DNA of 64,000 bases from Candidatus Campbellbacteria bacterium GW2011_OD1_34_28 (GCA_001029775.1 CP011215.1:490303-554302), one strand, 5' to 3'; counted from the first letter of the stretch, positions 16,801-25,940 are shown. Notes: a model not told the origin generated them from the letters alone. A program made the numbers and translations.

Positions 16801-17832
16801 GTGATAGTATCAAAAAACTATAATCAATACAATATGTCAAAGAATTTTTGGAATAAAATTAAAAAAAGACCATTTTTTGTTTTGGCTCCGATGGCCGATG
16901 TTACAGATGTTTCTTTTAGACAAGTCGTGGCCAAATATGGAAAGCCAGATGTTTTCTGGACAGAATTTGTCGCTTGTGACGGTCTTTGTTCTGTGGGGCA
17001 AGAAAAGTTGGTAAAAAATTTGTTGCAATTTAGCGAAAAAGAGCGACCGATAGTGGCACAACTTTTTGGTTCCAATCCAGAAAATTTTGAAAAGTCTGCG
17101 AGACTTATAAAAAAACTTGGATTTGATGGAATTGATATCAATATGGGTTGCCCACAAAAAAATATTTTGAAACAAGGTGCTGGTGCAGAACTGATAAAAA
17201 GTACAAAGCTCGCAAAAGAAATAATAAGAGCGACAAAAAAAGGAGCGGGCGGTTTGCCTGTTTCTGTAAAAACTAGAATTGGATATAACAAAAATGAAAT
17301 AGAAACTTGGATACCAGCTATTTTAGAAGAAGAACCTGTGGTGCTAACAATACACGGACGAACAAAAAAAGAGATGTCAAAAGTTTCTGCTCATTGGGAT
17401 ATTATAAGAGATGTCGTTGATATAAGAGACAGGATGAAAAGCAAAACTTTGGTGATAGGAAACGGAGATATTTTTTCTTTTAAAGATGGTCTAGAAAAAG
17501 CAAAGATGAGTGGTGTAGATGGAATAATGGTGGGCCGAGGCATTTTTGGTAACCCTTGGTTTTTTTCTGGAAAAAATCCAACAATAAAAGAAAAAATGAA
17601 AGTAGCTTTGGAACACACAAAATTGTTTGAAAAAATATTTGGTGAAACGAGAGAAAATAAAAAGATATTTGGCGGTCGCGCAAGAAATTTTGCTTTGATG
17701 AAAAAACATTACAAAGCCTATATAAATGGTTTTGATGGAGCGAAAGAATTGCGAATAAAATTGATGGATGCTGATTCTTTAAAAGAAGTAGGGGATATAA
17801 TTGTTCAAAAAATAAAAACTCTTGAAAAATAA
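16801..17832 (+). CDS. tRNA-dihydrouridine synthase (Dus family); probable start at 16831
   Basis: FVLAPMADVTDVSFRQ and TIM-barrel FMN-binding motifs. Confidence 0.8.
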   Translation: MIVSKNYNQYNMSKNFWNKIKKRPFFVLAPMADVTDVSFRQVVAKYGKPDVFWTEFVACDGLCSVGQEKLVKNLLQFSEKERPIVAQLFGSNPENFEKSARLIKKLGFDGIDINMGCPQKNILKQGAGAELIKSTKLAKEIIRATKKGAGGLPVSVKTRIGYNKNEIETWIPAILEEEPVVLTIHGRTKKEMSKVSAHWDIIRDVVDIRDRMKSKTLVIGNGDIFSFKDGLEKAKMSGVDGIMVGRGIFGNPWFFSGKNPTIKEKMKVALEHTKLFEKIFGETRENKKIFGGRARNFALMKKHYKAYINGFDGAKELRIKLMDADSLKEVGDIIVQKIKTLEK

Positions 17833-17891
17833 TTCTGTTGCTGATATATTGTTTTGAGGAATTTTAGTTAAATTTTGAAAAAGGTGGTGTT

Positions 17892-18083
17892 ATGACGAAT
17901 GAAATAATTTTGGAAAAGGATCACCCCGCAGGAACCCGTCTGGTTGTAGGAGGTTTTTCTCTTGTTTTGGGGTGTATGGGCGCGGACATTCATCTGAAAG
18001 CAAAAAAGCAGATTGAAGCTACTCCCGAAGGTACTCCTAATCGTGAAGAAGCACTTCGTCTCATCAATCGTTATTGCAACTAA
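17892..18083 (+). CDS. small hypothetical protein (GC-richer)
   Basis: 63 aa; RBS AAGGTGG; own terminator 18092..18130. Confidence 0.4.
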   Translation: MTNEIILEKDHPAGTRLVVGGFSLVLGCMGADIHLKAKKQIEATPEGTPNREEALRLINRYCN

Positions 18084-18091
18084 TATCAATA

Positions 18092-18130
18092 GGGCAAGGA
18101 AACCGGAGGTTTTCTTGCCCTATATTTATT
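18092..18130 (+). terminator. intrinsic terminator
   Basis: GGGCAAGGAAACCGGAGGTTTTCTTGCCC + T-rich. Confidence 0.6.
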
Positions 18131-18174
18131 TTGAGAGTATTATTCTTTCAGATTAAAAATTAATTTATTTTTTT

Positions 18175-18465
18175 ATGGTGAAAACAATTTCAAGAGAAGA
18201 ATTTAAACAAAGATTGGATTTGGGAGAATACATTTTAATTGATGTCAGAACTGAAGCAGAAAATTTGCTTGCGAATATTCCCGAGTCATTAATACTAGAT
18301 ATTAGCCAGCCTGATTTTGCTCAGAAAATTTTATCACTAGATAAAGATAAGAAATATTTGATATATTGTGCAAGCGGGAATAGATCATCTTATGCACTTT
18401 CATTTATGGAACAATCAGGTTTTAAAGAAGTATATGAATTGGAGGGTGGAATAATGAATTGGTAA
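18175..18465 (+). CDS. rhodanese-domain sulfurtransferase
   Basis: active-site loop YCASGNRS. Confidence 0.75.
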   Translation: MVKTISREEFKQRLDLGEYILIDVRTEAENLLANIPESLILDISQPDFAQKILSLDKDKKYLIYCASGNRSSYALSFMEQSGFKEVYELEGGIMNW

Positions 18466-18471
18466 TAATTG

Positions 18472-18507
18472 CTTGGGGGCTCGACCTCCAAGTTTTTATT
18501 TTTTTAT
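18472..18507 (+). terminator. intrinsic terminator
   Basis: CTTGGGGGCTCGACCTCCAAG + TTTTTATTTTTTT. Confidence 0.65.
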
Positions 18508-18587
18508 ATAAATTTGAATTTTAGAAATAATCTGATATTATCGGTATCAGAAATGTTTTTATAAATTTTTTCTGTGGGAGAAACATT

Positions 18588-18770
18588 ATGGGTGCTGGTG
18601 AAAATTGTGGTTTTACTCCGATGGACGAAGGGAGTGAAGATGAATCGCCACGTAAAAAACCGTTAGGAATTCCGTTAACGCCGGATATAAAGCGTTTTAG
18701 AGAAGAAATAATAGAACCATGGAAAAAAGCCGGCAGAGATGCCGGTGAAGAAGGGAAATATCCCTGTTAA
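18588..18770 (+). CDS. small hypothetical acidic protein
   Basis: 60 aa; own terminator 18778..18810. Confidence 0.35.
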   Translation: MGAGENCGFTPMDEGSEDESPRKKPLGIPLTPDIKRFREEIIEPWKKAGRDAGEEGKYPC

Positions 18771-18875
18771 TTTTTTAAAGCTCTGTCTTACGACAGGGCT
18801 TTACTGTTTTTAATAAATATTGTATTGTTTTATCTAGAAAATATATCTTTTAAACCAAGTATATAAGAGGGAAAT

Positions 18876-19247
18876 ATGAAGAGTTTATTTTTGGGAATAT
18901 TTTTTGCTTTGTTTATATCGGGGTGTTCAGAAAGAGTAATTTCTGGCCACGGATATTCTAGGACAGTTTTTCAATGTCGTCTTTATGATGGAACAATTAT
19001 TTATGTTGATAATCTTGAAGAGTGCAAGCAAGATAACAAAATAACAGAGGAAGTGATCGCAGGAGAACCATTGTCGATTCATGAAAGTCACGAAGAATCT
19101 CTTTCAAAAGAAGTAGAAGATATAAAAGAACAATATCAAACAGAGGGATGTAATAGTTTCAGAAATTCTGACCCCAAAGGGTGGTGTCGCAGTAGTTGTC
19201 GCAAGGCATACAGCGACACCGGTTTCTGTATGTTATTTGACCCTTAA
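18876..19247 (+). CDS. Cys-rich lipoprotein
   Basis: lipobox LFISGC after signal peptide; own terminator 19247..19276. Confidence 0.55.
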   Translation: MKSLFLGIFFALFISGCSERVISGHGYSRTVFQCRLYDGTIIYVDNLEECKQDNKITEEVIAGEPLSIHESHEESLSKEVEDIKEQYQTEGCNSFRNSDPKGWCRSSCRKAYSDTGFCMLFDP

Positions 19248-19326
19248 AAAAAGGCCGAGCAATCGGCCTTTTACTTATTCACCTTATTCCTTTTGTGTTT
19301 ATATTTAATATCTTATAATTATAAAT

Positions 19327-19641
19327 ATGAAAAATTTTATAAAAATATTATCTTTGGGAGTATTTATGTTTCCGGCAATGGCCCTTGCCGCAGCTCCTAC
19401 AAGTTTACAAGATTTAATAGGAAGATTTCAGGAAATTATCAATATGCTGGTTCCTTTGGCAATGGGATTGGCGGTCTTGGCTTTTATATGGGGCCTTGTC
19501 GTTTATATTTATAACGGAAGTAACCCCGCAAAGAGGAGTGAGGGGTATATGTTTATGGTGTATGGAATCATCGCTTTGTTTGTAATGACAACGATGTGGG
19601 GATTGGTAGCAATTCTTAATGGTACAATTTTAGGTGCATAA
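19327..19641 (+). CDS. VirB2/TrbC-like small membrane protein, paralog 1
   Basis: signal peptide (AMALA|AAP) then two hydrophobic helices with FIWGL and YGIIALFVM motifs shared by the next two ORFs. Confidence 0.5.
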   Translation: MKNFIKILSLGVFMFPAMALAAAPTSLQDLIGRFQEIINMLVPLAMGLAVLAFIWGLVVYIYNGSNPAKRSEGYMFMVYGIIALFVMTTMWGLVAILNGTILGA

Positions 19642-19743
19642 TCGGGTGTAAAACATTATCCACACTTGCCTATCGTTTAGAATTGTTTAGTTTGGTATTA
19701 TTAAGGTAAATTTATAAATTAATATTAATAAATAGTAAAAATT

Positions 19744-20088
19744 ATGAAAAAGTTTTTAGTTATGGGTGGTGTGTCATTGTTGATGCCAGCAGTTGTATTA
19801 GCTGCGGATCTTACAACAATTTTGACAAAGGTTCAACAAATTATTGGTTTGATTGTTCCTATCGTTATTTCTCTTGCTGTTATACTTTTCCTTTGGGGAC
19901 TTATTGGTTTCATCACAAAAGCAGGAGCAGACCAAAAAGCAGCTAGAGAACAAATGATCTGGGGGATCATCATTTTGTTCGTGATGGTGTCTATCTGGGG
20001 ATTGGTGGCTTTGATCCAAAATACATTTGGAATAAGAGGTACAGAAGGAACTGTAACAAATCCGTTGGATAAAATTGAGAACTTCTAA
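19744..20088 (+). CDS. VirB2/TrbC-like small membrane protein, paralog 2
   Basis: signal peptide (VVLA|ADL); FLWGL and WGIIILFVM motifs. Confidence 0.5.
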   Translation: MKKFLVMGGVSLLMPAVVLAADLTTILTKVQQIIGLIVPIVISLAVILFLWGLIGFITKAGADQKAAREQMIWGIIILFVMVSIWGLVALIQNTFGIRGTEGTVTNPLDKIENF

Positions 20089-20093
20089 TTTTT

Positions 20094-20372
20094 ATGGGAG
20101 CAACATCACAATTTGTATCTAATATGAACGAATTTATCATAATACCACTTATTGGATTATTGATAAGTTTGGCAACACTGATATTTGTTTGGGGACTGGT
20201 TGAGTTTATACATGGATCGGGAAGTAACCCAGCAGCCAGAGAGACAGGGAAAAAACATATGATGTGGGGAATTATTGGATTGTTTATAATGGTTTTTGCG
20301 AAAGCAATTATTTCTTTGTTCATAAATTCTTTTGGAATTGATACTGCTCCGATAGATAACGCCTTGCTTTAA
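20094..20372 (+). CDS. VirB2/TrbC-like small membrane protein, paralog 3 (no signal peptide)
   Basis: FVWGL and WGIIGLFIM motifs; begins 6 nt after paralog 2. Confidence 0.45.
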   Translation: MGATSQFVSNMNEFIIIPLIGLLISLATLIFVWGLVEFIHGSGSNPAARETGKKHMMWGIIGLFIMVFAKAIISLFINSFGIDTAPIDNALL

Positions 20373-20390
20373 ATCAGGACTATTTAAACA

Positions 20391-20425
20391 AAAAACCACC
20401 GATAAATTTATCGGTGGTTTTTTGT
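20391..20425 (+). terminator. intrinsic terminator
   Basis: AAAAACCACCGATAAATTTATCGGTGGTTTTTTG. Confidence 0.75.
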
Positions 20426-20506
20426 TTGAAATTATTTAATAAATTTGGTACTATTATGCTCAAATCAATTTTGACTTTTGATTTTTAACTTTTAAATTTC
20501 TATAAT

Positions 20507-20640
20507 GCCGAGGTGGCGAATTGGATTAAAAACAAACTGCTTTGTTTTTAATCCGGTTCTGAGCGAAGCGAAGAAATTTCCGTTATCGAGTGAAGCGAGA
20601 TAGGAAATAGGTGGAAGACGCACTAGCCTCTGGTTAAATG
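20507..20640 (+). pseudogene. disrupted tRNA-Leu copy with repeat-module insertion
   Basis: starts GCCGAGGTGGCGAATTGG like the real tRNA-Leu; then AAACAAACTGCTTTGTTT hairpin plus GAGCGAAGCGAAG/GTGAAGCGAG insert; resumes AGACGCACTAGCCT. Confidence 0.55.
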
Positions 20641-20659
20641 AAGCAGGATTGAAAAATAG

Positions 20660-20741
20660 GTAATATAATGCCGAGGTGGCGAAATTGGTAGACGCACTAG
20701 CCTTAGGAGCTAGCGGGGCAACCCATGGAGGTTCAAGTCCT
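20660..20741 (+). tRNA. tRNA-Leu (anticodon TAG), class II
   Basis: acceptor GCCGAGG/CCTCGGC, anticodon loop CTTAGGA, long variable arm, T-loop TTCAAGT. Confidence 0.85.
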
Positions 20742-20746
20742 CTCCT

Positions 20747-20786
20747 CGGCACAAAAACCAGACCTGAAAGCGACAGCTTTCAGGTC
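20747..20786 (+). terminator. intrinsic terminator
   Basis: CCAGACCTGAAAGC...GCTTTCAGGTCTTTGG + TTTTTG. Confidence 0.65.
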
Positions 20787-20790
20787 TTTG

Positions 20791-20966
20791 GTTTTTGTAG
20801 CCAGAGGAGAGGACTTGAACGGCGGAGGCGGTATACAAGACGAGCGAAGCGAGGGCTTGTCGCCGAGCCGCGTCCAGCAGTACTTAGGCTTTCGGAATCC
20901 GTAGCGAAGCGAAGGATGAGCGAAAGACTTAGTAACTGCGGGACAAGTCCTAACTTTTTAGCACAA
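20791..20966 (+). repeat. tRNA 3'-flank structured repeat element (Leu-TAG copy)
   Basis: GAGGAGAGGACTTGAAC (inverted copy of tRNA-Leu 3' end), core GAACGGCGGAGGCGG, hairpin with GAGCGAAGCGAGG, arm GCCGAGCCGCGTCCAGCAGTACTTAGGC ... AGACTTAGTAACTGCGGGAC, degenerate terminal CAAGTCCT. Confidence 0.6.
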
Positions 20967-20974
20967 AAACTTAG

Positions 20975-21010
20975 ACCCAGAAGCACCAGCTTCTGGGTCT
21001 TTGGTTTTTG
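20975..21010 (+). terminator. intrinsic terminator
   Basis: CCCAGAAGC-ACCA-GCTTCTGGG + TCTTTGGTTTTTG. Confidence 0.6.
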
Positions 21011-21087
21011 TAGTCACAAAACATTTGCTAAATCATTAATTTGTGAAATAATTATAATAATTAAAAATTAATTTAATTCAAAAAAAA

Positions 21088-21648
21088 ATGACTACTATTT
21101 TATTTATTATTTTGGGAATAATTGCCGTTATTGCAGGATGGATTGCAATGACCTATAACGGTTTTATTACTTTAAAAAACAGAACAGAAGAAGCGTGGGC
21201 AGACATTGATGTTCAACTAAAGAGGAGATATGATCTTATTCCAAATTTGGTTAACACAGTAAAGGGATACATGACTCACGAGGCAAGTACTTTTGAAAAG
21301 ATTACCGAGGCTCGTTCAAACGCAATGAATGCACAAGGAGTTGAGGCAAAAGCACAATCAGAAAATATGTTATCAGGCGCTTTGAAATCTCTTTTTGCTG
21401 TTGCCGAAAGTTACCCAGACTTGAAAGCCAATCAAAACTTTTTGGAATTACAAAAAGAATTGTCAGACACGGAAAACAAAATTCAATCAGCAAGAAGATT
21501 TTACAACGGCAATGTGAGAGATTTGAATACAAAGATAGAATCTTTTCCATCAAATGTAATTGCAAATATGTTCAAATTTGTTAAGAGAGAATTCTTTGAG
21601 TTGGAAGAGGGATCGGAAGAAAAAGAACCCGTAGAAGTAAAATTCTAA
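21088..21648 (+). CDS. LemA family protein
   Basis: N-terminal TM then conserved LemA region NGFITLKNRTEEAWADIDVQLKRRYDLIPNLV. Confidence 0.8.
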   Translation: MTTILFIILGIIAVIAGWIAMTYNGFITLKNRTEEAWADIDVQLKRRYDLIPNLVNTVKGYMTHEASTFEKITEARSNAMNAQGVEAKAQSENMLSGALKSLFAVAESYPDLKANQNFLELQKELSDTENKIQSARRFYNGNVRDLNTKIESFPSNVIANMFKFVKREFFELEEGSEEKEPVEVKF

Positions 21649-21662
21649 CAATTAAATAAAGC

Positions 21663-23456
21663 ATGCAAAATAAAAGCATTAAATCATATTTAATTTTTGG
21701 CTTGCTGTTTTTTCTTTTCGCAGCTCCTATAAATGCAGAGGAACAAAATAGAAGTTATCTCTATGATTCTTTTAAGGTAGATATTGTCATAAACAAAGAT
21801 TCTACTTTGGATATCACCGAGAGGCAGACCTTTAATTATAAAGGTAGATATAACAAAGGATGGCGTTCTATTCCTCTAGATAAAATTTCTGATATTACAG
21901 ATGTAAAAGTTATCGACGGAGCTACTGGTCTGGAATTAATCCATTCTTCTAAAATTTTAGAAAAAACTGATCCTGATAGTTGGGGTAAATATACATTTTA
22001 CAAACAAAATGGTGCTATAAATATCGAGTGGTATTACGATTTGGCTGATACTTCTCATGAATGGATTATTGAATATAAGGTTTATGGTGGTATTGGTTTT
22101 TATAATGATCATGATGAAGTTTACTGGAATCTATTCACAGATTTCGACGTACCAATTAATCATTTAGAAGTTTTAATTACCTTACCCTCTAATAATTTCT
22201 CAGAAGATGATATAACAGAAACTTTTTACAGTGATGCTGGGGGTCAATATTATTTGAAGAAGATGGAGGGTTCTGGGGTATTTTACTCTAAAGAAAATAT
22301 ACCCGTAAAAGCAGATGTAACTGTCGCTGTTGGTTGGCCAAAGGGTTTAATAAATCAAAGTTCATTTTGGTTGGGTTGGATAAAAATAAATATTCTCCTT
22401 ATCGTCTCGAGTCTTATTATTTTCCTTTGTTTAATAACTGGCTTTGTTTATTGGTATAGGAGTGAAAGAATGAATCAAGGTAGGGGAACAATCATTCCAC
22501 AATATGAACCACCTCAAAATCTACGTCCTGCTATGGCTGAAATAATTTGCAGAGAGGGTATAACCCCAAAGGCATGGCCTGCTACAATCGTCGATCTCGC
22601 AGTAAGAGGTTATATAACTATAACGGATAACACTAAAAAATTTCTTATATTCAAGACTCCTGATTTTGTCTTAGAGAAAAAGAAGAATTTTTTGAATGAA
22701 GATGGATTAGAAGATTATGAAAGAGAATATCTAACTATATTATTTTCATACGGAAAAGAAGGAAAGTTTTCTACAAGAGAAATGAATAAATCTTCTGATA
22801 CTATAAAGAGAGATATGTACAAGAAAATAAAGAAATTGGAGGAACATTTAATTAAAGAAACAGAAATTGATACAGGCGCTTTTGAGAAACTTCTTTCAAA
22901 AGAGAAAAAAATGTTTAGATGGATTATATTTTTAATTGTTTTCATCGCTTTTTCCGCGGAATATTCTATTTATCTTGTCACTGAACATTTACTTTCTACT
23001 AGTTTATTTTTGGTAATTAGTGCTGTGATTATTTTAATCTTTTTTATCAAGTATGAGGCTCGTTTAAATAAAAAAGGACAAATTTTGAAGGAAGATTGGC
23101 TTGGCTTTAAAATTTTCTTGGAAACCACAGGAAAAGATAGAATGCAAAATTTAACTCCAGAAATTTTTGAAAAATATTTACCATATGCCATGATTTTTGG
23201 GATAGAAAAACAATGGGCGAAAAAATTTGAAGGTATACACATGGTTCCTCCTGTTTGGTACCACAATACTGGTGCTATGATTGCTAGCAGTAGTTCGCTT
23301 GGTAACAGCGCTTCCAACTTTTCTCCTTCTGCTTTCTCTTCTTCTTTCTCGTCTGCTTTTTCGTCTGCCTTTTCTAGTTCAGCTGGTGGAGGTGGTGCTG
23401 GAGGTGGCGGGGGTGCCGGAGGCGGTGGAGGAGGTGGTGGAGGAGGCGCCAGCTAG
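21663..23456 (+). CDS. DUF2207-like membrane protein with Ser/Gly-rich C-terminal tail
   Basis: signal peptide, central TM segments, motif QYEPPQNLRPAMAEII, C-terminal SSFSSAFSS...GGGGAGGGGG tail; downstream of LemA. Confidence 0.65.
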   Translation: MQNKSIKSYLIFGLLFFLFAAPINAEEQNRSYLYDSFKVDIVINKDSTLDITERQTFNYKGRYNKGWRSIPLDKISDITDVKVIDGATGLELIHSSKILEKTDPDSWGKYTFYKQNGAINIEWYYDLADTSHEWIIEYKVYGGIGFYNDHDEVYWNLFTDFDVPINHLEVLITLPSNNFSEDDITETFYSDAGGQYYLKKMEGSGVFYSKENIPVKADVTVAVGWPKGLINQSSFWLGWIKINILLIVSSLIIFLCLITGFVYWYRSERMNQGRGTIIPQYEPPQNLRPAMAEIICREGITPKAWPATIVDLAVRGYITITDNTKKFLIFKTPDFVLEKKKNFLNEDGLEDYEREYLTILFSYGKEGKFSTREMNKSSDTIKRDMYKKIKKLEEHLIKETEIDTGAFEKLLSKEKKMFRWIIFLIVFIAFSAEYSIYLVTEHLLSTSLFLVISAVIILIFFIKYEARLNKKGQILKEDWLGFKIFLETTGKDRMQNLTPEIFEKYLPYAMIFGIEKQWAKKFEGIHMVPPVWYHNTGAMIASSSSLGNSASNFSPSAFSSSFSSAFSSAFSSSAGGGGAGGGGGAGGGGGGGGGGAS

Positions 23457-23488
23457 GATATTTTTTAAATTATAATATACTCTTACAT

Positions 23489-24394
23489 ATGGCAACACTT
23501 TATACTCATCAAGATTCAAATATTAGGAAAACATGGTTTTTAATGACCGTGTTTTTCGTCATTATAATTTGTCTTGGTTGGGCGTTTAGTTATTATTTTG
23601 AAAATCCGGCAATTTTATCATTTGCAATTATATTCAGTATTTTGATGAATATTACCAGCTATTGGTATTCTGATAAAATTGCACTGAAAATGTCAGGAGC
23701 AATTCCGGCTGACGAAATAAAATTTCAAGATCTTCACAACATTGTTGAAAATCTTTCCATCACAGCGGGCCTTCCAAAACCAAGAGTTTATATAATAAGC
23801 GACCCTTCTCCAAATGCTTTTGCAACAGGTAGAAACGCAAAAAATTCTGCCGTTGCTGTTACCACAGGTCTTTTAGATATTTTGGAAAAGAGCGAACTAG
23901 AAGGTGTGATTGCGCATGAACTCTCCCACATAGGAAACAGAGATATTTTGGTTTCTACTGTTGTTGTGGTACTGGTTGGCTTTATTGCCTTGCTGTCGGA
24001 TATGTTTTTAAGAATGGCTATTCATGGTGGGGGCAGAAGCAATGATTCTGGGAACAAGGGCAAGGCTATTATCCTCGTAATTGGGCTAATTTTGGCCATT
24101 TTAGCACCTATTGCATCTACTTTGATACAATTAGCAATATCTAGAAAAAGGGAGTTTCTGGCCGATGCGTCGGGGGCTCTCTTAACTCGTTATCCAGAAG
24201 GCTTGGCAAATGCTTTAAAGAAAATATCCGCCAATCCAAATCAGTTACAAAAAGTAAGCAAGGCGACTGCTCATATGTTTATTGCGAACCCATTTAAAGG
24301 GAAAAACATCTCTAATCTATTTATGACACATCCCCCGGTAGAAGAAAGAATTAAAGCATTATTAGGTAAAAATAATCCGAATGACCCGAATTAA
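23489..24394 (+). CDS. htpX: M48-family zinc metalloprotease HtpX
   Basis: HELSHIGNRD (HExxH) plus TM helices. Confidence 0.8.
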   Translation: MATLYTHQDSNIRKTWFLMTVFFVIIICLGWAFSYYFENPAILSFAIIFSILMNITSYWYSDKIALKMSGAIPADEIKFQDLHNIVENLSITAGLPKPRVYIISDPSPNAFATGRNAKNSAVAVTTGLLDILEKSELEGVIAHELSHIGNRDILVSTVVVVLVGFIALLSDMFLRMAIHGGGRSNDSGNKGKAIILVIGLILAILAPIASTLIQLAISRKREFLADASGALLTRYPEGLANALKKISANPNQLQKVSKATAHMFIANPFKGKNISNLFMTHPPVEERIKALLGKNNPNDPN

Positions 24395-24459
24395 ATCCTA
24401 ATTCCCCGAATTATCGAATCATCCGAATTTTATCACTTGTAATTCGTATTCGTAATTAT

Positions 24460-25404
24460 TTGGGGCATTCGGATATAATTTGTAGATTCGGATTATATCT
24501 TATGAAAGAAAATACCCATCTTTATTTTGCGGAAAAGGTTTTTGATTGTTTAGAAAATAAAAATCTTAGAAAAATTTTAAAAGAAAATTTTGATTATTAT
24601 GTTTTAGGAAGTGTTTTTCCTGATATTTTTTATCATAATAAAAAAACATCTGAAATATCCCAGATTATCCACGGAAGGGAATTGGAAAAAACCAATGAAT
24701 TGATATTTGATTTCTTAAATTATGCGAAAGAAAAGCAGGATGAAAAAAGTTTGGCCTTTACATTGGGATATATTTCTCACTATGTTTTGGATTCAAAATT
24801 GCATCCAATTGTTTATTTTTTGACAGGAAATTATTATGACAAAGATCAAACAAAAAGATTTTCTGCAATGTTACGTCACCGTCAATTAGAGACATTTTGG
24901 GATAAAAAACTAACAAAAGGATTTTCTCTTTGTAAAAAAGTAAAAATATCTTCGTTAAATGATCTAAGTCTGACGAATATAATTTTTGAAAAATACGAAA
25001 TAAATAAAAAGACTTTCATCTCTATTTTTAAGCAGTGCAAAATAAATAATAGGTTGTTTAGAAGTTATACGACTTATCTATTGTTTATTTTTTTGATTAA
25101 AGTCGGTTTATACAAAAACAAAACTGTTGATGGATTTTTTTTGTTCACCAAAAACAAAAATCTAGAAAACATAAGTAATGATTTAAGTTACAGAGATTTA
25201 ATTACAGGTGAACACAAAAAAGAAAATCTTTTGGATTTGATGAAAAAAACAGAGTTTTATTCAAAGGATTTGTTGGAATCAGCGTATGAATATTATTTGG
25301 GGAAAATAAGCATATTGGAATTGGAGAGAACAATTCCAGGCGTCAGTCTGGATACTGGTAAAATAGATTTTTCTGTCGAAAGTATTGTCTATACTAAATA
25401 TTGA
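24460..25404 (+). CDS. hypothetical protein, possible metal-dependent hydrolase (zinc phospholipase C-like His/Asp pattern); probable start near 24503
   Basis: H..YFAEK, GSVFPDIFYH and GYISHYVLDSKLHP motifs; weak. Confidence 0.3.
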   Translation: MGHSDIICRFGLYLMKENTHLYFAEKVFDCLENKNLRKILKENFDYYVLGSVFPDIFYHNKKTSEISQIIHGRELEKTNELIFDFLNYAKEKQDEKSLAFTLGYISHYVLDSKLHPIVYFLTGNYYDKDQTKRFSAMLRHRQLETFWDKKLTKGFSLCKKVKISSLNDLSLTNIIFEKYEINKKTFISIFKQCKINNRLFRSYTTYLLFIFLIKVGLYKNKTVDGFFLFTKNKNLENISNDLSYRDLITGEHKKENLLDLMKKTEFYSKDLLESAYEYYLGKISILELERTIPGVSLDTGKIDFSVESIVYTKY

Positions 25405-25406
25405 TT

Positions 25407-25940
25407 TTATTCAACAAAAGTAAAAGATGAGACAATTTGAAGAAGGTCTTTTTTGATTATTTTGTCTTCCATATTCCAAGCAACAAACAAAAATTCATAA
25501 TTGTCTTTTGATGTAGTATAAACTTCACCATCGTTATAATTCATACCTTTTTGGTTTGCAACAAGGATCTCTTCTTTTGAAAATGGATCCATTCCACTTG
25601 GAGGAGCGAGACTGTCATCGCTATTTTCTACTTTTGCGATATTAACCAAAATTTCTTTTTGAGAACTGTTTGTTAGTTGGATTGTTTGGATAACACCTCC
25701 TGGTTGATCTCCATCGTTCCATTTGAAATCTTTTATTTTGTAATTTTTAGGATAATCAAATTTGAATCCATATTCTTGGTTTTGATATGTTCTTGTCTCA
25801 ATAATAGTTTTTTGTTCTTTCTGGATAGGGACATTTTCAGCAGTGGCTTTTTCAATGTTTTTGTTTTTAACAAATAAAAATGCAACAAAAGATGCCAATA
25901 TCAAAGCTATTATGGAAATAAGAATTATAAATTTTTGCAT
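25407..25940 (-). CDS. hypothetical membrane-anchored protein
   Basis: 177 aa with N-terminal TM helix. Confidence 0.45.
   Translation of the reverse strand: MQKFIILISIIALILASFVAFLFVKNKNIEKATAENVPIQKEQKTIIETRTYQNQEYGFKFDYPKNYKIKDFKWNDGDQPGGVIQTIQLTNSSQKEILVNIAKVENSDDSLAPPSGMDPFSKEEILVANQKGMNYNDGEVYTTSKDNYEFLFVAWNMEDKIIKKDLLQIVSSFTFVE

Noticed and set aside
17480-17709. Minus-strand ORFs inside the Dus gene
   Set aside because: Antisense shadow ORFs within a well-supported Dus-family gene.
19293-19514. ORF 19293..19514 (+) as a separate gene
   Set aside because: It is an out-of-frame overlap of the better-supported signal-peptide-bearing ORF 19327..19641.
20492-21071. ORF-track ORFs 20492..20752(-), 20676..21071(+) and 20780..20986(-) as protein-coding genes
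   Set aside because: They span the tRNA-Leu gene, its pseudo-copy and the GC-rich repeat element. Their translations are Arg/Ala/Ser-rich, as expected from structured RNA, so they are spurious.
23290-23456. Frameshift or sequencing artefact producing the poly-Gly/Ser tail of the DUF2207 protein
   Set aside because: The (SxFSS)n-Gly-rich tail is in frame and contiguous with the domain, and such tails are common in this family. It is treated as genuine low complexity.
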